Source: an uncultured Chloroflexia bacterium | GTDB taxonomy: Bacteria; Chloroflexota; Dormibacteria; Aeolococcales; Aeolococcaceae | NCBI GenBank assembly: GCA_963793875.1 | Contig: CAWCBS010000008.1 | Location: 3,796 to 67,795, forward strand | Direction of reading: 5' to 3' | Length of the DNA stretch: 64,000 nt | Shown here: positions 1-9,919 of the stretch, piece after piece | Layout: every line of letters begins with the position of its first letter | Numbering within the stretch: position 1 is the first letter of the stretch | Position numbers and translations under genes: made by a program | Notes under the pieces: model-generated | What the model was told of the DNA's origin: nothing | Seen by the model: only the letters and a program-made list of their open reading frames with translations | The model's database searches: none

Positions 1-174
1 GTCGTACTGGAGGTAGACGTCCAGACGGGCGATCCCCAACGCGTGCGCCACCAGCAGCTCGGCGTCGAGCCGCGCGGACTCGCTGCCGTGATCGTTGAGG
101 TACGCGGTGCAGAGGCGAACGACGTCGAGGACGGTGCGGGCGCCCACCGGACCGCCGGGAGTGGGGGTGGCCAT
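1..174 (-). CDS. prmC: release factor glutamine methyltransferase PrmC/HemK, N-terminal 58 codons (gene runs off the window start)
   Basis: My own minus-strand translation from the ATG at 172-174 gives MATPTPGGPVGARTVLDVVRLCTAYLNDHGSESARLDAELLVAHALGIARLDVYLQYD. This fits the PrmC N-terminal domain pattern (R.DAE.LL.H.LG..R..L). The frame is open to base 1. It is absent from the ORF track because it is truncated. Confidence 0.6.
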   Translation of the reverse strand, partial: MATPTPGGPVGARTVLDVVRLCTAYLNDHGSESARLDAELLVAHALGIARLDVYLQYD

Positions 175-258
175 CAGCGGACTGTATCGGGGCGGCGGGG
201 TGTGCAGGCGATGTGTGCCGTCTCACCCCACCCCGCGACCGCGCCGTAGAGTCGCGGG

Positions 259-1656
259 ATGGCGAGCGCCGACGTCGCGATCGCGTCCCGGCGCGAAGGC
301 GCTTGGGAGAGCGTCGGGCTGCGCCGGCTCACCCTGCTCAGCATCTATTGGGTCGCCATCGGCTGGCTCTGGAACGCCCTCGGCGCTCAGGTGCTGCCAC
401 CGGTCATCACCCGCATGGTGGGCCAGGCTCACCAGGGAACGGCGCTCTCCGCGCTCGAGGGCTTCGGCACCCTGGTGGCGGTGGTCTGGCAGCCGGTGGT
501 CGGCGCCCTCTCCGACCGCACCCGGCTGCGCTGGGGGCGGCGGCGTCCCTACATCGCGGGGGGCGCGCTGGGCTCCTCGCTCTTCCTCGTGATCATGGCC
601 TTCGTCGGGGTCTACTTCTGGCTGCTGATCGCCTACTTCCTGCTCCAGGTCGCCTCCAACACCGCCCAGGCGCCCTACCAGGGCCTGGGTCCCGACGCGG
701 TCCCCGAGAAGGACTTCGGCAAGTTCGGCGCCTTCTACGGCATGGGCAACCTGGTCGGCACCCTGATCGGCTTCCTGGTCACCGGCATCTTCACCGCCAG
801 CGGTCAGTACGGCGCCGCCCTCTTCGCGATGGCCGCGATGCTGGTGGTGAGCATGGTGCTCACGGTCACCCTGGTTCCCGACCGCGGCCGGCCGGACGGC
901 AGCCTCGGCATGTCGGTCGGGGAGATCACCTTCGGCACCTTCCAGATCAGCCCCCGCCGCCACGGCGACTTCCTCTGGCTGATGGGGTCGCGGCTCCTCA
1001 TCCTCATGGGGGTGGTCGGGCTGGAGACCTACGCCCAGTTCTTCTTCAAGGACGTCTTCTACCCGCACAGCACCAACCATGCCAACGCGGCGACCACCTA
1101 CCTGCTGGCGATCATCGTGGTCCTGGCGATCGCCGTCTGCTATCCGGCGGCGCGCCTCTCCGACCGCTGGGGCCGCAAGCCGATGGTGATCGTCTGCGCC
1201 ATCCTCGGCGCGCTCGGCGCGCTGGGCCTCGTCTTCTCCCACTACACGCTGCTGCCCGCCGCGATGACGGCGCCGGTCGCCTCCCTGCTCGGGATTCCCC
1301 GGGGGCTGGCCCAGGTGCTCTGGTTCGGGGTCCCGATCGGGGTCGGGATCGGCTGCTTCCTCACCGTCGACTGGGCCTTCATGATCGACCTGATCCCGCC
1401 CGCCGAGACGGGGCGCTTCCTCGGCTTCTCCAACATCGCGACCGCGGGGTCCGGGATCATCGCCCGCTTCATCGCCGGGCCGGTTCTCGACCACTTCAAC
1501 GCCGGAGGTCACATCTTCGGCGAGCTGGGCGGCTATCCGGTCGTCTTCGGGATGTTCGTCGTCTATTTCGTGGTCGGCATCTTCCTGGTGCTGCCGGTGG
1601 TCGAGCCGCGCCGGCGACGCACGCTCAGCCCGGGGCCCTCCAGTACGTCAACCTAG
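259..1656 (+). CDS. MFS transporter (GPH/sugar-cation symporter-like)
   Basis: 465-aa ORF with a multi-helix hydrophobic pattern and an MFS-type loop, GALSDRTRLRWGRRRP, after TM2. It is divergent from prmC. Confidence 0.8.
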   Translation: MASADVAIASRREGAWESVGLRRLTLLSIYWVAIGWLWNALGAQVLPPVITRMVGQAHQGTALSALEGFGTLVAVVWQPVVGALSDRTRLRWGRRRPYIAGGALGSSLFLVIMAFVGVYFWLLIAYFLLQVASNTAQAPYQGLGPDAVPEKDFGKFGAFYGMGNLVGTLIGFLVTGIFTASGQYGAALFAMAAMLVVSMVLTVTLVPDRGRPDGSLGMSVGEITFGTFQISPRRHGDFLWLMGSRLLILMGVVGLETYAQFFFKDVFYPHSTNHANAATTYLLAIIVVLAIAVCYPAARLSDRWGRKPMVIVCAILGALGALGLVFSHYTLLPAAMTAPVASLLGIPRGLAQVLWFGVPIGVGIGCFLTVDWAFMIDLIPPAETGRFLGFSNIATAGSGIIARFIAGPVLDHFNAGGHIFGELGGYPVVFGMFVVYFVVGIFLVLPVVEPRRRRTLSPGPSSTST

Positions 1657-1895
1657 TGCTGCTTCGCCCCCAAGAGGGGCATCACTCGACCGCTGCAAGC
1701 GAACGAACAACGTGGCGACTGGCTTCGGCTGGGAGGCCTCTTCCCAGGAAGCCGCCCTAACCTCTGGCAGCTGCCCGAGCCAGCCGAAGCACTTCGAGGA
1801 TGAAGGGCGCCTTGGCGTCGGTATAGGCATCCCGGTCGTCGCGGACGCCCATCCGGCCTCCGAGCTTCGCGACCCCCCATCAGTTATCGCCAAGT

Positions 1896-2075
1896 ATGGC
1901 GTATACATGGCATCAGGGCCTCTACCGCACCGACCAGACGGCTGCTGGCCACATGAAGCGGGCAATCGACCACCAACTCACGGGCGATGAGCTTGTGGAG
2001 GCGATCGCCCACATCGCCTTCTACGCCGCCTGCCCCGACGCCATGACCATCATCACCACCGCCAAGAAGCGGTGC
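1896..2075 (+). pseudogene. carboxymuconolactone decarboxylase (CMD/AhpD-like) C-terminal remnant
   Basis: The segment HMKRAIDHQLTGDELVEAIAHIAFYAACPDAMTIITTAKK matches the CMD helix pair (H.r.Al..G.t.eEl.Eai.h.a.YaG.P.a). No matching N-terminal half lies upstream. The rest of ORF 1896..3536 is antisense to prfA. Confidence 0.3.
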
Positions 2076-2189
2076 AAGCCCGCCGGCTGGCGCGGAGCTA
2101 CCGCAACCAGGGCCTCGATACCCTCTGCCTCAACCGCCCGCGGCGCGAGCATTCTGCAGCCGAACGGCTGCCGTGCCGGCCGAGGGCCC

Positions 2190-3278
2190 TCAGCCGGAGA
2201 CCCCGTCCTGCTCGAGCAGACGTCGGGCCTCGTCCTCCTGCATCAGCGGCTCGACCAGCATGTCCAGGTCGCCCTCCATGATCCGGGGAAGCTGGAAGAG
2301 GGTCAGGTTGATGCGGTGGTCGGTGACCCGCGACTCCGGGAAGTTGTAGGTGCGGATCTTCTCGCTGCGGTCACCGCTACCGACGATCGAGCGGCGGGTC
2401 CCGCGCAGCTCGGCGTCGCGCTCCGCCTGGGCGATGTCGTAGAGGCGGGTGCGCAGCTCGCGGAGCGCCTTGGCCCGGTTCTTGATCTGCGACTTCTCGT
2501 CCTGGCAGGTGACCACCAGGCCGCTCGGGAGGTGGGTGATCCGGACCGCCGAATAGGTGGTGTTGACGCTCTGACCGCCGTGACCGGTGCTCATGTAGAC
2601 GTCGACCTTCAGGTCGTTCTCGTCGATGCTGACCTCGACCTCGTCGGGCTCGGGCATCACCACCACGCTCGCCGCCGAGGTGTGGATCCGGCCCTTGGCC
2701 TCAGTCTCGGGGACCCGCTGGACCCGGTGGACGCCGGACTCGAACTTGAGCCGGGAGTAGGCACCGCGGCCGTGGACCTCGACCACCACCGATTTCACGC
2801 CGCGCGCTCCCGAGGAGCTCTCGCTGATCAGTTCCACCGACCACCGCCGCCGCTCCGCGTAGCGGCCGTACATGCGGAGCAGGTCGGCGGCGAACAGCCC
2901 GGCCTCGTCGCCGCCGGTGCCGGCCCGGATCTCGACGATGACGTCGCGATCATCGTTGGGGTCGCGGGGCACCAGCAGGCGGCGGAGCTCGGCGTCGGCG
3001 GCCTCGACGGTCTCGCGCTGGGTGCGCCCCTCCTCCTCGAAGAGGTCGACCATCTCCGGATCGCGCTCGTCGCGGGCCGCCGCGGCCGCCTGCTCCGCCG
3101 CGGTGAGCGCGGCGCGGCGCCGGCGGGAGGTCTCGACCACCTCGCTGAGCCGGGCCCGCTCCTGGGAGAGCCGCTGGACGCGCGGCTGGTCGAGATAGAT
3201 CTCGGGATCGGAGAGCTCGGTCTCCAGCTCCCGGTAGCGGTCGGTGATGGCGGCGAGCCGCCCGTCCAGGCTGTCCAT
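2190..3278 (-). CDS. prfA: peptide chain release factor 1
   Basis: 362 aa. Has the GGQ motif (HGGQSVNTT) and an RF1-type tripeptide region, [17 protein letters not shown]. Confidence 0.95.
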   Translation of the reverse strand: MDSLDGRLAAITDRYRELETELSDPEIYLDQPRVQRLSQERARLSEVVETSRRRRAALTAAEQAAAAARDERDPEMVDLFEEEGRTQRETVEAADAELRRLLVPRDPNDDRDVIVEIRAGTGGDEAGLFAADLLRMYGRYAERRRWSVELISESSSGARGVKSVVVEVHGRGAYSRLKFESGVHRVQRVPETEAKGRIHTSAASVVVMPEPDEVEVSIDENDLKVDVYMSTGHGGQSVNTTYSAVRITHLPSGLVVTCQDEKSQIKNRAKALRELRTRLYDIAQAERDAELRGTRRSIVGSGDRSEKIRTYNFPESRVTDHRINLTLFQLPRIMEGDLDMLVEPLMQEDEARRLLEQDGVSG

Positions 3279-3337
3279 GGCTCAGGGGATTGTGGCCCAC
3301 GCGACCTCACCGTGCGGGCGGCAGGCCGGCCCGACCC

Positions 3338-4343
3338 TCAGGGGACGGCGGCGTGGACCTCTCCGACGCCCCCGTCGTCGCCGGCGCGCGCGGCGGCCAG
3401 GGCGGCGATCGCGACCTCGATCTGGGCGTCGTCGGGCTCCCGGGTGGAGAGCCGCTGGGCGGCCAGCACCGGCACCAGCGCGATCCGACCGAAGCGGGTG
3501 TGGCGGATGCGGGCCAGGCCGCGGATCATCTCGTAGGCCACCCCGGCGACCAGGGGGATGAGGGCGACCTGGCAGGCGACGCGAACCGGCCAGAACAACC
3601 AGCCAAGAGGCGTGAAGACGATCACGCTGACCAAGGCCACCACCACCAGGAATCCGGTGCCGCAGCGCGGGTGGAGACGGCTCGCCAGGCGCACGTTGCC
3701 AACCTCAACCGCGGCGCCGGAACTCGAGGCAGTTGATCGCCTTGTGCTCAGCACCGTGGTACTCGAAGACGCGCTGGACATTCTTCAGCCGTCCGATCAG
3801 GAAGAGGTACCCGAGCAGGATGGCGGCGCGGGCAACCCCTTCGATCAGCACCGAGCCCACCGACTGGGGCGCGCCATGGCCGAGGAACGACGACGCCGCG
3901 AGGGGCAGGCCGATGAAAAGGCCGAGCCCGAAGACGAGGGAGACGCCGATGGTCACCCGCATGGCGCCGGGGCTCAGCTCCACGTCGTCGCCCAGCTGGA
4001 CGTTGGCCGACCACTGCAGGGCGCGCATCCCGAGCGCGAGCATCTCCCAGAGCGTGGCCGCCCCGCGCAGGAGGGGGAGCGACCACGGCCGGCCGGTGTA
4101 GACGCGGGAGCGGAGCCGCTCGGAGAGGACGGTGATGGCACCGTCGGGGCGGCGCGCAGCCACCGCGTAGTGGCGCCGGCCGCGCATCAGGACGCCCTCG
4201 ATGACCGCCTGCCCACCGTAGAAGAAGGTCGCCGGCGGCGCCGCGGCGGCGTTGAGGGCCGCGGTGAGCAGGATGTCACCGGGGGACGGTCGGCGCGCTC
4301 TCACGAGGCCCATCGTACTCGGCGATCGGCGCGGCCTCACCAA
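3338..4343 (-). pseudogene. DUF1385 family protein, split by one frameshift
   Basis: ORF 3705..4343 ends ...FEYHGAEHKAINCLEFRRRG*. ORF 3338..3781, in another frame, continues with VEVGNVRLASRLHPRCGTGFLVVV. Together these reconstitute the conserved DUF1385 core (YHGAEHK.I...E ... RLHPRCGT). The frame change lies within 3705-3781. Confidence 0.75.
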
Positions 4344-4425
4344 GCGAAGGCGAGCCGCAGAACCGGGTCCAGCGCGACCGTCCAGGCCGGTGGCCGAGCC
4401 GGGTGCGGGCGGGGCACCGGGGGGC

Positions 4426-4445
4426 GCGCCCTCTGCCGAGGGCGC
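4426..4445 (-). terminator. GC-rich hairpin downstream of rpmE (no U-tract)
   Basis: Perfect 8-bp stem GCGCCCTC/GAGGGCGC with a 4-nt loop, about 30 nt after the rpmE stop. It lacks a T-run, so it is only terminator-like. Confidence 0.25.
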
Positions 4446-4476
4446 CGGGGACCCCTCGTCGGAGCGGCCGGGCCGG

Positions 4477-4692
4477 CTACCGGGAGACGGTGCGCGCCGC
4501 CGCCCGGCGGCGGAAGCGCTCCACCTGACCGCCGGTGTCGACGATCCTCTGGGTCCCGGTGAAGAACGGGTGGCAGACCGAGCAGACCTCGGTCTTGAGC
4601 TCCCGGAGCGTCGAGCCGGTCAGGAAAGTGTTGCCACAGACGCAGGTGACGACCGCGTCGGTGTGGAACTCGGGGTGCAGGGCAGCTTTCAT
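4477..4692 (-). CDS. rpmE: 50S ribosomal protein L31 (Zn-ribbon type)
   Basis: Sequence [47 protein letters not shown] verified the ATG at 4690-4692, internal to ORF 4477..4737. Confidence 0.9.
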   Translation of the reverse strand: MKAALHPEFHTDAVVTCVCGNTFLTGSTLRELKTEVCSVCHPFFTGTQRIVDTGGQVERFRRRAAARTVSR

Positions 4693-4809
4693 GGACAGGC
4701 TCGTGCGTGGGGGGAGGGAACGGGGCGAGGATACCACGGGGACCGGAAAGCGAAGCAGGCCCTGGGGGCGAGGGCTCGCCGGCCCCCCGTGTGGGCTGCC
4801 CGCCGGCGA

Positions 4810-6051
4810 TCAGCCGGGGCGAGCGACCGGGCGGGTGAAGTTCCCGCGGGCGACCCCGGGCAGCCGGCGCCTGACCGTCTCCATGGCCACCGCCAAGCCC
4901 ATCCCCTCCTCCATCGGCGGCAGCTCGTCGATCAGCCAGTCGTGATCGACGTTGAGGCTCCGCCACTGGATCTGGTCGACCCCCATCTCGGCGCAGGCGG
5001 CGACGGTCGCCTCCAGCTCCGACGGGGTGTCGGTGATCCCGGGGAAGGCGAGCAGGTTGAGGCAGACCTGTCCGCCCGATCGGCGCATCACCCGCCCGCA
5101 CTCGATCACCTCCTCGAGCCCGTAGCCGACCGGACGGTAGTAGGCGCGGAAGACGTTCTCGGTGAAGGAGATGGCGCTGATCCGCACGCTGTCGCAGCCG
5201 GCCGCGACCATCCGCTCCAGTACCCGCGGACGGCTGCCGTTGGTGTTGACGTGGATGGTCGCCGCGGGGTGGCGGGCGCGGATCGCGGCGGTGGCCTCGA
5301 CCACGGCGCGACCCCGGGTCAGCGCCTCCCCCTCGCAGCCCTGGCCGAAGGAGACGATGGCCGCCGCTTCCCCCTCCAGGAAGTGGCCGGCCAATCCGGC
5401 CAGCTCGGCCACCGTCGGCGCGAAGCCCATCCGCTCCTGCGGGGACGGCACCGCGCCGTCGCTCTGGAGGGAGATGCAGCCGAGGCAGTCGGCATTGCAG
5501 GCGGGAGACGCGGGCAGCGCCGCCTCATAGCGGCGGAAGAAGGTGTTCTGCGCCGTGTAGCAGCGGTACTCGAGCGCGCAGCGCGCCAGGTGGTCGACCA
5601 GACGGTTGCCCGGGAGGGCCTGGCGAGCGGCGTCGATGGCCGCGGGCAGCCCGGCGGTCCCGTGCCGGCGCGGCTGCCACCACTCGAAGGCGTCGGTCCC
5701 GAGCGCGGCCACCACCGGCTCCCCGTCCCGCTCGGCGACGGCGGCATAGCCGAAGAGCGGAAGGCGCGGGCTGTCCGGACCGGGACGGGACGCGGGCAGC
5801 AGGGTTCTCAGGTAACCGACCGGCAGGATGGCGGCGACCGGGGCCCAGCGACCGGCCAGCTCGACCGGCTCCCCGCCCCGGTCGAACCCGATGGCGCGCC
5901 GTCCCGGCAGATGGGCAACGGTGGCGCCCTCCGGCAGCGGGATGACATCCGCGGCGGCGAGCGGAACCAGCCTGCGACCCGACCTCGCGGCCGGCCGGAG
6001 GCCGTCGCGGATCTCGATCGAACCGTCGGGGCGGGCGACGCAGAGACGCAC
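4810..6051 (-). CDS. radical SAM protein
   Basis: 413 aa with a CxxxCxxC cluster motif (ACNADCLGC) after an N-terminal domain of about 170 aa of unknown type. The subfamily is not identifiable by eye. Confidence 0.8.
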   Translation of the reverse strand: MRLCVARPDGSIEIRDGLRPAARSGRRLVPLAAADVIPLPEGATVAHLPGRRAIGFDRGGEPVELAGRWAPVAAILPVGYLRTLLPASRPGPDSPRLPLFGYAAVAERDGEPVVAALGTDAFEWWQPRRHGTAGLPAAIDAARQALPGNRLVDHLARCALEYRCYTAQNTFFRRYEAALPASPACNADCLGCISLQSDGAVPSPQERMGFAPTVAELAGLAGHFLEGEAAAIVSFGQGCEGEALTRGRAVVEATAAIRARHPAATIHVNTNGSRPRVLERMVAAGCDSVRISAISFTENVFRAYYRPVGYGLEEVIECGRVMRRSGGQVCLNLLAFPGITDTPSELEATVAACAEMGVDQIQWRSLNVDHDWLIDELPPMEEGMGLAVAMETVRRRLPGVARGNFTRPVARPG

Positions 6052-6329
6052 GCGGCCATTGTCGCCGCGGGGCCGTGTCCGGCGACCGGCGGGAAGGCAG
6101 CTCGCGTTCGCCGTCCCCGCCCAGCGCCCAGGGAAGAAAGGAACAAGCCAGCCGATCCCGACGTAAGAGGACGAGGTGGCGACAACTTCCCCTTAACCGG
6201 GAGGCCCACGACACCCCCCACGCTGCGGGTAACGTAACGGCGGCTCCGACTTCCACGTATACATCTGCGACGAGCCGGCTGCACCGGGCGTCCCCGCCTC
6301 ACACCCGGGCCAGGGAATCAAACGGCCAC

Positions 6330-7994
6330 ATGGGCTCCGACCTCCCGTCCGCCTCGCTCCCACCCCGCTCCACCACGCAGGCGGCGGGGATGACCAGACG
6401 CCCCCGCATCCCGGGCGGCCACGCCCTCGCGTCGGTGGGCGGCGCGGTCGCCCGGGTGGCGCGGCGCGGGTCATCCGCCCCTCTGGCCCTGGCCCGGCGG
6501 CGCCTGGCGGGACCGGTTCAGCTGGCCGCCCACCACCTCACGGTGGTGACGGCGGCGGGGGCGGCCGCCCTCTGTATCCTGCTCGCCTGGCTGCTGGGTT
6601 CGGGCCTGGAGCAGTGGTTCGTGGCGCAGGGGATGGACGACGAGAGGGCCTACCTCCTCTCCGCCATGGTCCTGGCGCTGACCGCCACCGCGGTGATCGG
6701 GGCCGCCTCCCGGCGGCCCGCGCCGACCCGGGTGGGGGGCCTGGTCGGATTCGTGGCCATCCAGATCGTCCCCTTCCTGATCCGGGCAGCCAGCGCGCCG
6801 GGGACGCCCGGGCTCCGGTACACCGAGAGCGTGGCGGGCTGGATCCTGCAGCCGCTGGGAATGCTGCTGCTCGCCGCCATCAGCGTGGTCGTCGGCGCCG
6901 CGCTGGGGGTTGGCCTCGCCCGCGATGCCGCCCGCCTGCCCTCGCTGCTGCGGCGGCGCCGGCTCTGGCCGGTCGTCGCGCTGGTCATCGTCCTGGTGGT
7001 CGTCGCCACCGGCTCAGCCCTGACCGCCCTCCAGGTCGGCCCGCTCTCGGCGCTGCGTGACTACCGCGTGAGCACCGGGCCGGGCCTCGCCGCGGTAAAG
7101 CCGACACCGACACCGAGCCCGGAGGGCGTGACCGCCCCCGTCGCCGTCCCCACGCCGGACGAGTCCCTGCTCCGCCAGCTCCCCGGTGAGCTCCAGTACC
7201 TCACCATCGGCGGCCATCCGGTCGACGTCTACGTCCCCGGCGTCTACCAGGCGGACCCGGAACTCGCGGTCCCGGTGCTCTACCTGCTCCACGGCACCCC
7301 CGGCGACCAGGGCGAATGGGTGAGCGGCGGCCAGGTGCAGGGGGTCCTCGATCAGCTCATCGCCAAGGGGACCATCCCGCCGATGATCGTCGTCCTGCCC
7401 AACGGCAACGAGAAGTACAGCAACGACACGGAGTGGGGGAACAGCTCCCAGGGGGACGTCGAGACCTGGCTCATCGACCAGGTCATCCCGGCGGTCGACG
7501 ACCAGTACCGCACCCTGGGCGCCGCCTACCGAGGGATCGCCGGGCTGAGCAGCGGGGGCTTCGGTGCCGTCAACCTCGCCATCCTCAACCCCACCCAGTT
7601 CAGCTGGGCGGCCAGCTACTCCGGGTACTACGTGGGCCGATCGACCATCTTCGGGGCCGCGTGGCGAGCGAACAGCCCTCTCTACACGGCCGCGGACGTG
7701 CCCAAGGCGGAGCGCATGCCCCTCTACCTCGGGGCGGGCAGCGAGGACTATGACTTCCGTCCCGGAACCCTGACCTTCGCCGCCACCCTCAAGTCGCTCG
7801 GCTGGACCGACTACGACCTCCAGACGGTGCCGGGCGGACACGGATGGGTGGCCTGGAACGCCGAGCTGGCTCAGAGCCTCACCTGGCTGGGTCAGATCTG
7901 GGGCCCGACGCCCTGGTATCACCCTCCCACCCAGATGGCGGGCCCGCCCGCGGTGGCGAGCGCGGTGATCCCCGGCCCCCAGGTGAGCCAGTGA
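6330..7994 (+). CDS. membrane-anchored alpha/beta hydrolase, putative esterase family
   Basis: The C-terminal domain reads VPVLYLLHGTPGD...IVVLPNG...GIAGLSSGGFGA (GxSxG nucleophile elbow). It is preceded by several hydrophobic helices. I chose the ATG at 6330. The ORF is open from 6075, but that stretch is Arg/Ser-rich. Confidence 0.75.
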   Translation: MGSDLPSASLPPRSTTQAAGMTRRPRIPGGHALASVGGAVARVARRGSSAPLALARRRLAGPVQLAAHHLTVVTAAGAAALCILLAWLLGSGLEQWFVAQGMDDERAYLLSAMVLALTATAVIGAASRRPAPTRVGGLVGFVAIQIVPFLIRAASAPGTPGLRYTESVAGWILQPLGMLLLAAISVVVGAALGVGLARDAARLPSLLRRRRLWPVVALVIVLVVVATGSALTALQVGPLSALRDYRVSTGPGLAAVKPTPTPSPEGVTAPVAVPTPDESLLRQLPGELQYLTIGGHPVDVYVPGVYQADPELAVPVLYLLHGTPGDQGEWVSGGQVQGVLDQLIAKGTIPPMIVVLPNGNEKYSNDTEWGNSSQGDVETWLIDQVIPAVDDQYRTLGAAYRGIAGLSSGGFGAVNLAILNPTQFSWAASYSGYYVGRSTIFGAAWRANSPLYTAADVPKAERMPLYLGAGSEDYDFRPGTLTFAATLKSLGWTDYDLQTVPGGHGWVAWNAELAQSLTWLGQIWGPTPWYHPPTQMAGPPAVASAVIPGPQVSQ

Positions 7995-9331
7995 CCGGCC
8001 TGCTCGCCGCCGCCGCGGCCGCGACGCATCACCTTGGCCCTCCTCACGGCGGGCTGATGATCGGCTACGCGCTGGGACCGGTGGTGATGGTGCTGGGGCT
8101 GCTGGCCGCGGCCGCGGGCAGCATGCGGCCGTCGCGCCCCATCGTGGCCGCGGCGACCTTCGCGGTGCTGGCCGGTGCCGTGAGCGTGTTCGTCCCCGTC
8201 CCCTTCAACCCCATCGCCGACTGGCTCGGCCTCCTCGCCCTGGCCGGCGCGGTCGGGTTCGAGATCGGCGGCGCCCTGGCGACGCGCCACGTTCTCTGCC
8301 CACCCGGGAACGCCGGCGAGATGGAGCGGCTGCGCCTCCTCCACGGTCACACCCACATCTCCTGCTTCGCGGGCGAGGGCGCCAAGAGCGGGCTCCAGGT
8401 CGGTGGCGGGGTCATCGGCTACCAGGTGCGCTGGGGCGTGGCGGTGGCGGTGGGTGATCCCCTGACGGCGCCGGGCTTCCGCAAGATGGCGCTCACCGCC
8501 TTCCTCAACCTCTGCGCCGGGAAGCGGTGGGTACCCTGCTTCTTCCAGACCGACCCCGGCCTCCGCCCCGCCTATCGCAGCGCGGGCTTCCGCCTCCTCA
8601 AGTTCGGCGAGGAGGCGGTGGTGGAGATCGGGGAGTTCGACCTTGCCTCACCGGCCCGTGCCGACGCGCGTCACGAGCTGGCCCGGGCGCGCCGCTCCGG
8701 CCTGCGGGCGGCCAGCTTCTGTGACCCCCATGCTCCCGGAGAGCTCTGGTCCGAGCTGGAGCAGGTGTCAAGCGACTGGCTCCGAGTCCGGGGCGGGCGC
8801 GAGATGGGCTTCTCCCTGGGACGGCTCCGGGACGTCGTGGACAGCGCCACCCGGTACACCGTCGCCCGCGACGAGAGCGGGCGGGTCCACGCCTTCTGCT
8901 CCTGGGTGCGGATGGGCGACGACGGGATCGCCCTCGACCTCATCCGACGCCGCCCCGACGCCGGGACGGGGGCGGTCGATCTCTGCATCGCGACCGCGAT
9001 CGAGCAGGCTCGGGGGGCGGGCCTGTCGCGGCTGTCACTCGGGTCGGTGCCCTTCCGCGAGAGCCTGGGCGACGCCCCCGACGGCTGGCTGGCCAGGACG
9101 GTCCGGGCCACCCTCTACCAGCGCGGGTACGGGGGATACAGCTACCGCGGCCTCTCCCACTTCAAGGCGAAGTTCGCGACCCGGTGGGAGAGCCGAGATC
9201 TCGCGGTGCCGCGCGGGGTGAGCGGGCTGCTCGCGCTGGCCGCCCTGATCCGGTTGCACCGCCGCACCGAACCGCCAGCGCCGGCGCCCCCGCCCGTGCC
9301 GCTGGGCCTAACGCCGGCGCCGCTTCCCTAG
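7991..9331 (+). CDS. DUF2156 / aminoacyl-phosphatidylglycerol synthase (MprF C-terminal domain)-like protein with about 3 N-terminal TM helices
   Basis: Pattern ...GYQVRWGVAVAVGDPL...FFQTD...KFGEEAVVEIGEFDL...SSDWL...MGFSLGRL...DLIRR...LSLGSVPF is typical of the LPG_synthase_C domain. A GTG at 7991 overlaps the esterase stop (GTGA). Confidence 0.75.
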   Translation: MTGLLAAAAAATHHLGPPHGGLMIGYALGPVVMVLGLLAAAAGSMRPSRPIVAAATFAVLAGAVSVFVPVPFNPIADWLGLLALAGAVGFEIGGALATRHVLCPPGNAGEMERLRLLHGHTHISCFAGEGAKSGLQVGGGVIGYQVRWGVAVAVGDPLTAPGFRKMALTAFLNLCAGKRWVPCFFQTDPGLRPAYRSAGFRLLKFGEEAVVEIGEFDLASPARADARHELARARRSGLRAASFCDPHAPGELWSELEQVSSDWLRVRGGREMGFSLGRLRDVVDSATRYTVARDESGRVHAFCSWVRMGDDGIALDLIRRRPDAGTGAVDLCIATAIEQARGAGLSRLSLGSVPFRESLGDAPDGWLARTVRATLYQRGYGGYSYRGLSHFKAKFATRWESRDLAVPRGVSGLLALAALIRLHRRTEPPAPAPPPVPLGLTPAPLP

Positions 9332-9352
9332 CCTGAGCGGCGGTCAGCCTCC

Positions 9353-9919
9353 TCAGCCGGCCGGCCCCTCGTCGCGGACCTTCTCGACCTGGGCGAGCGC
9401 CTCGCGCAGGCTCTCGATCCACTCCCCCTGGTGACGGGCCACCAGACGGACGCACCAGGCGAGCGCCTCGCTGCGACTCCGGGCCACGCCCGCGTCGATC
9501 AGGGTGTCCAGCACCTTGCGATCACCGAGCCGCAGCCGGGTCATCACCGGGACGCCCAGGGTGGTGAAGTGCTGGGTGACATCGCCGCAGCGCGCCCCCC
9601 AGGAGATGGTCCGGCCGAAGAGACGCTCGGCGTCGCGGGCCACTGCGATGCGCGCCTCCTTGGTCTCGGCGCGGAACCGCTCGATGCGCGCCGAGCGCGC
9701 CGTCGCCTGGGCGGCCTCGCCGGTGCCGGCCTCCAGCGGGACATCCGGGATCTCACCCACGACGAGGATCTCGTCGCGATCCCCGGTGATCTCCGGCGGC
9801 CCGGTGAAGAGCCCGTCGGGGAGCCGGCCGGTGAACCATCCCCGGAGCTCCTCGTCGGTGAGCTCGGGGGCGGGCGTGGGGTGAAGATGATGCGGGTGGG
9901 GGTGTTGCTCGAATCTCAT
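9353..9919 (-). CDS. hypothetical protein with C-terminal ribbon-helix-helix-like segment
   Basis: 188-aa ORF with protein-like composition. The C-terminus, VMTRLRLGDRKVLDTLIDAGVARSRSEALAWCVRLV, resembles a CopG/RHH fold. No family is recognised. Confidence 0.55.
   Translation of the reverse strand: MRFEQHPHPHHLHPTPAPELTDEELRGWFTGRLPDGLFTGPPEITGDRDEILVVGEIPDVPLEAGTGEAAQATARSARIERFRAETKEARIAVARDAERLFGRTISWGARCGDVTQHFTTLGVPVMTRLRLGDRKVLDTLIDAGVARSRSEALAWCVRLVARHQGEWIESLREALAQVEKVRDEGPAG

Noticed and set aside
1648-1965. Overlapping 75-105-aa ORFs on both strands between the MFS gene and prfA.
   Set aside because: They have no family resemblance, overlap one another, and are of shadow-frame type. 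Only the CMD-like fragment (1896-2075) shows a recognisable motif, and it is incomplete.
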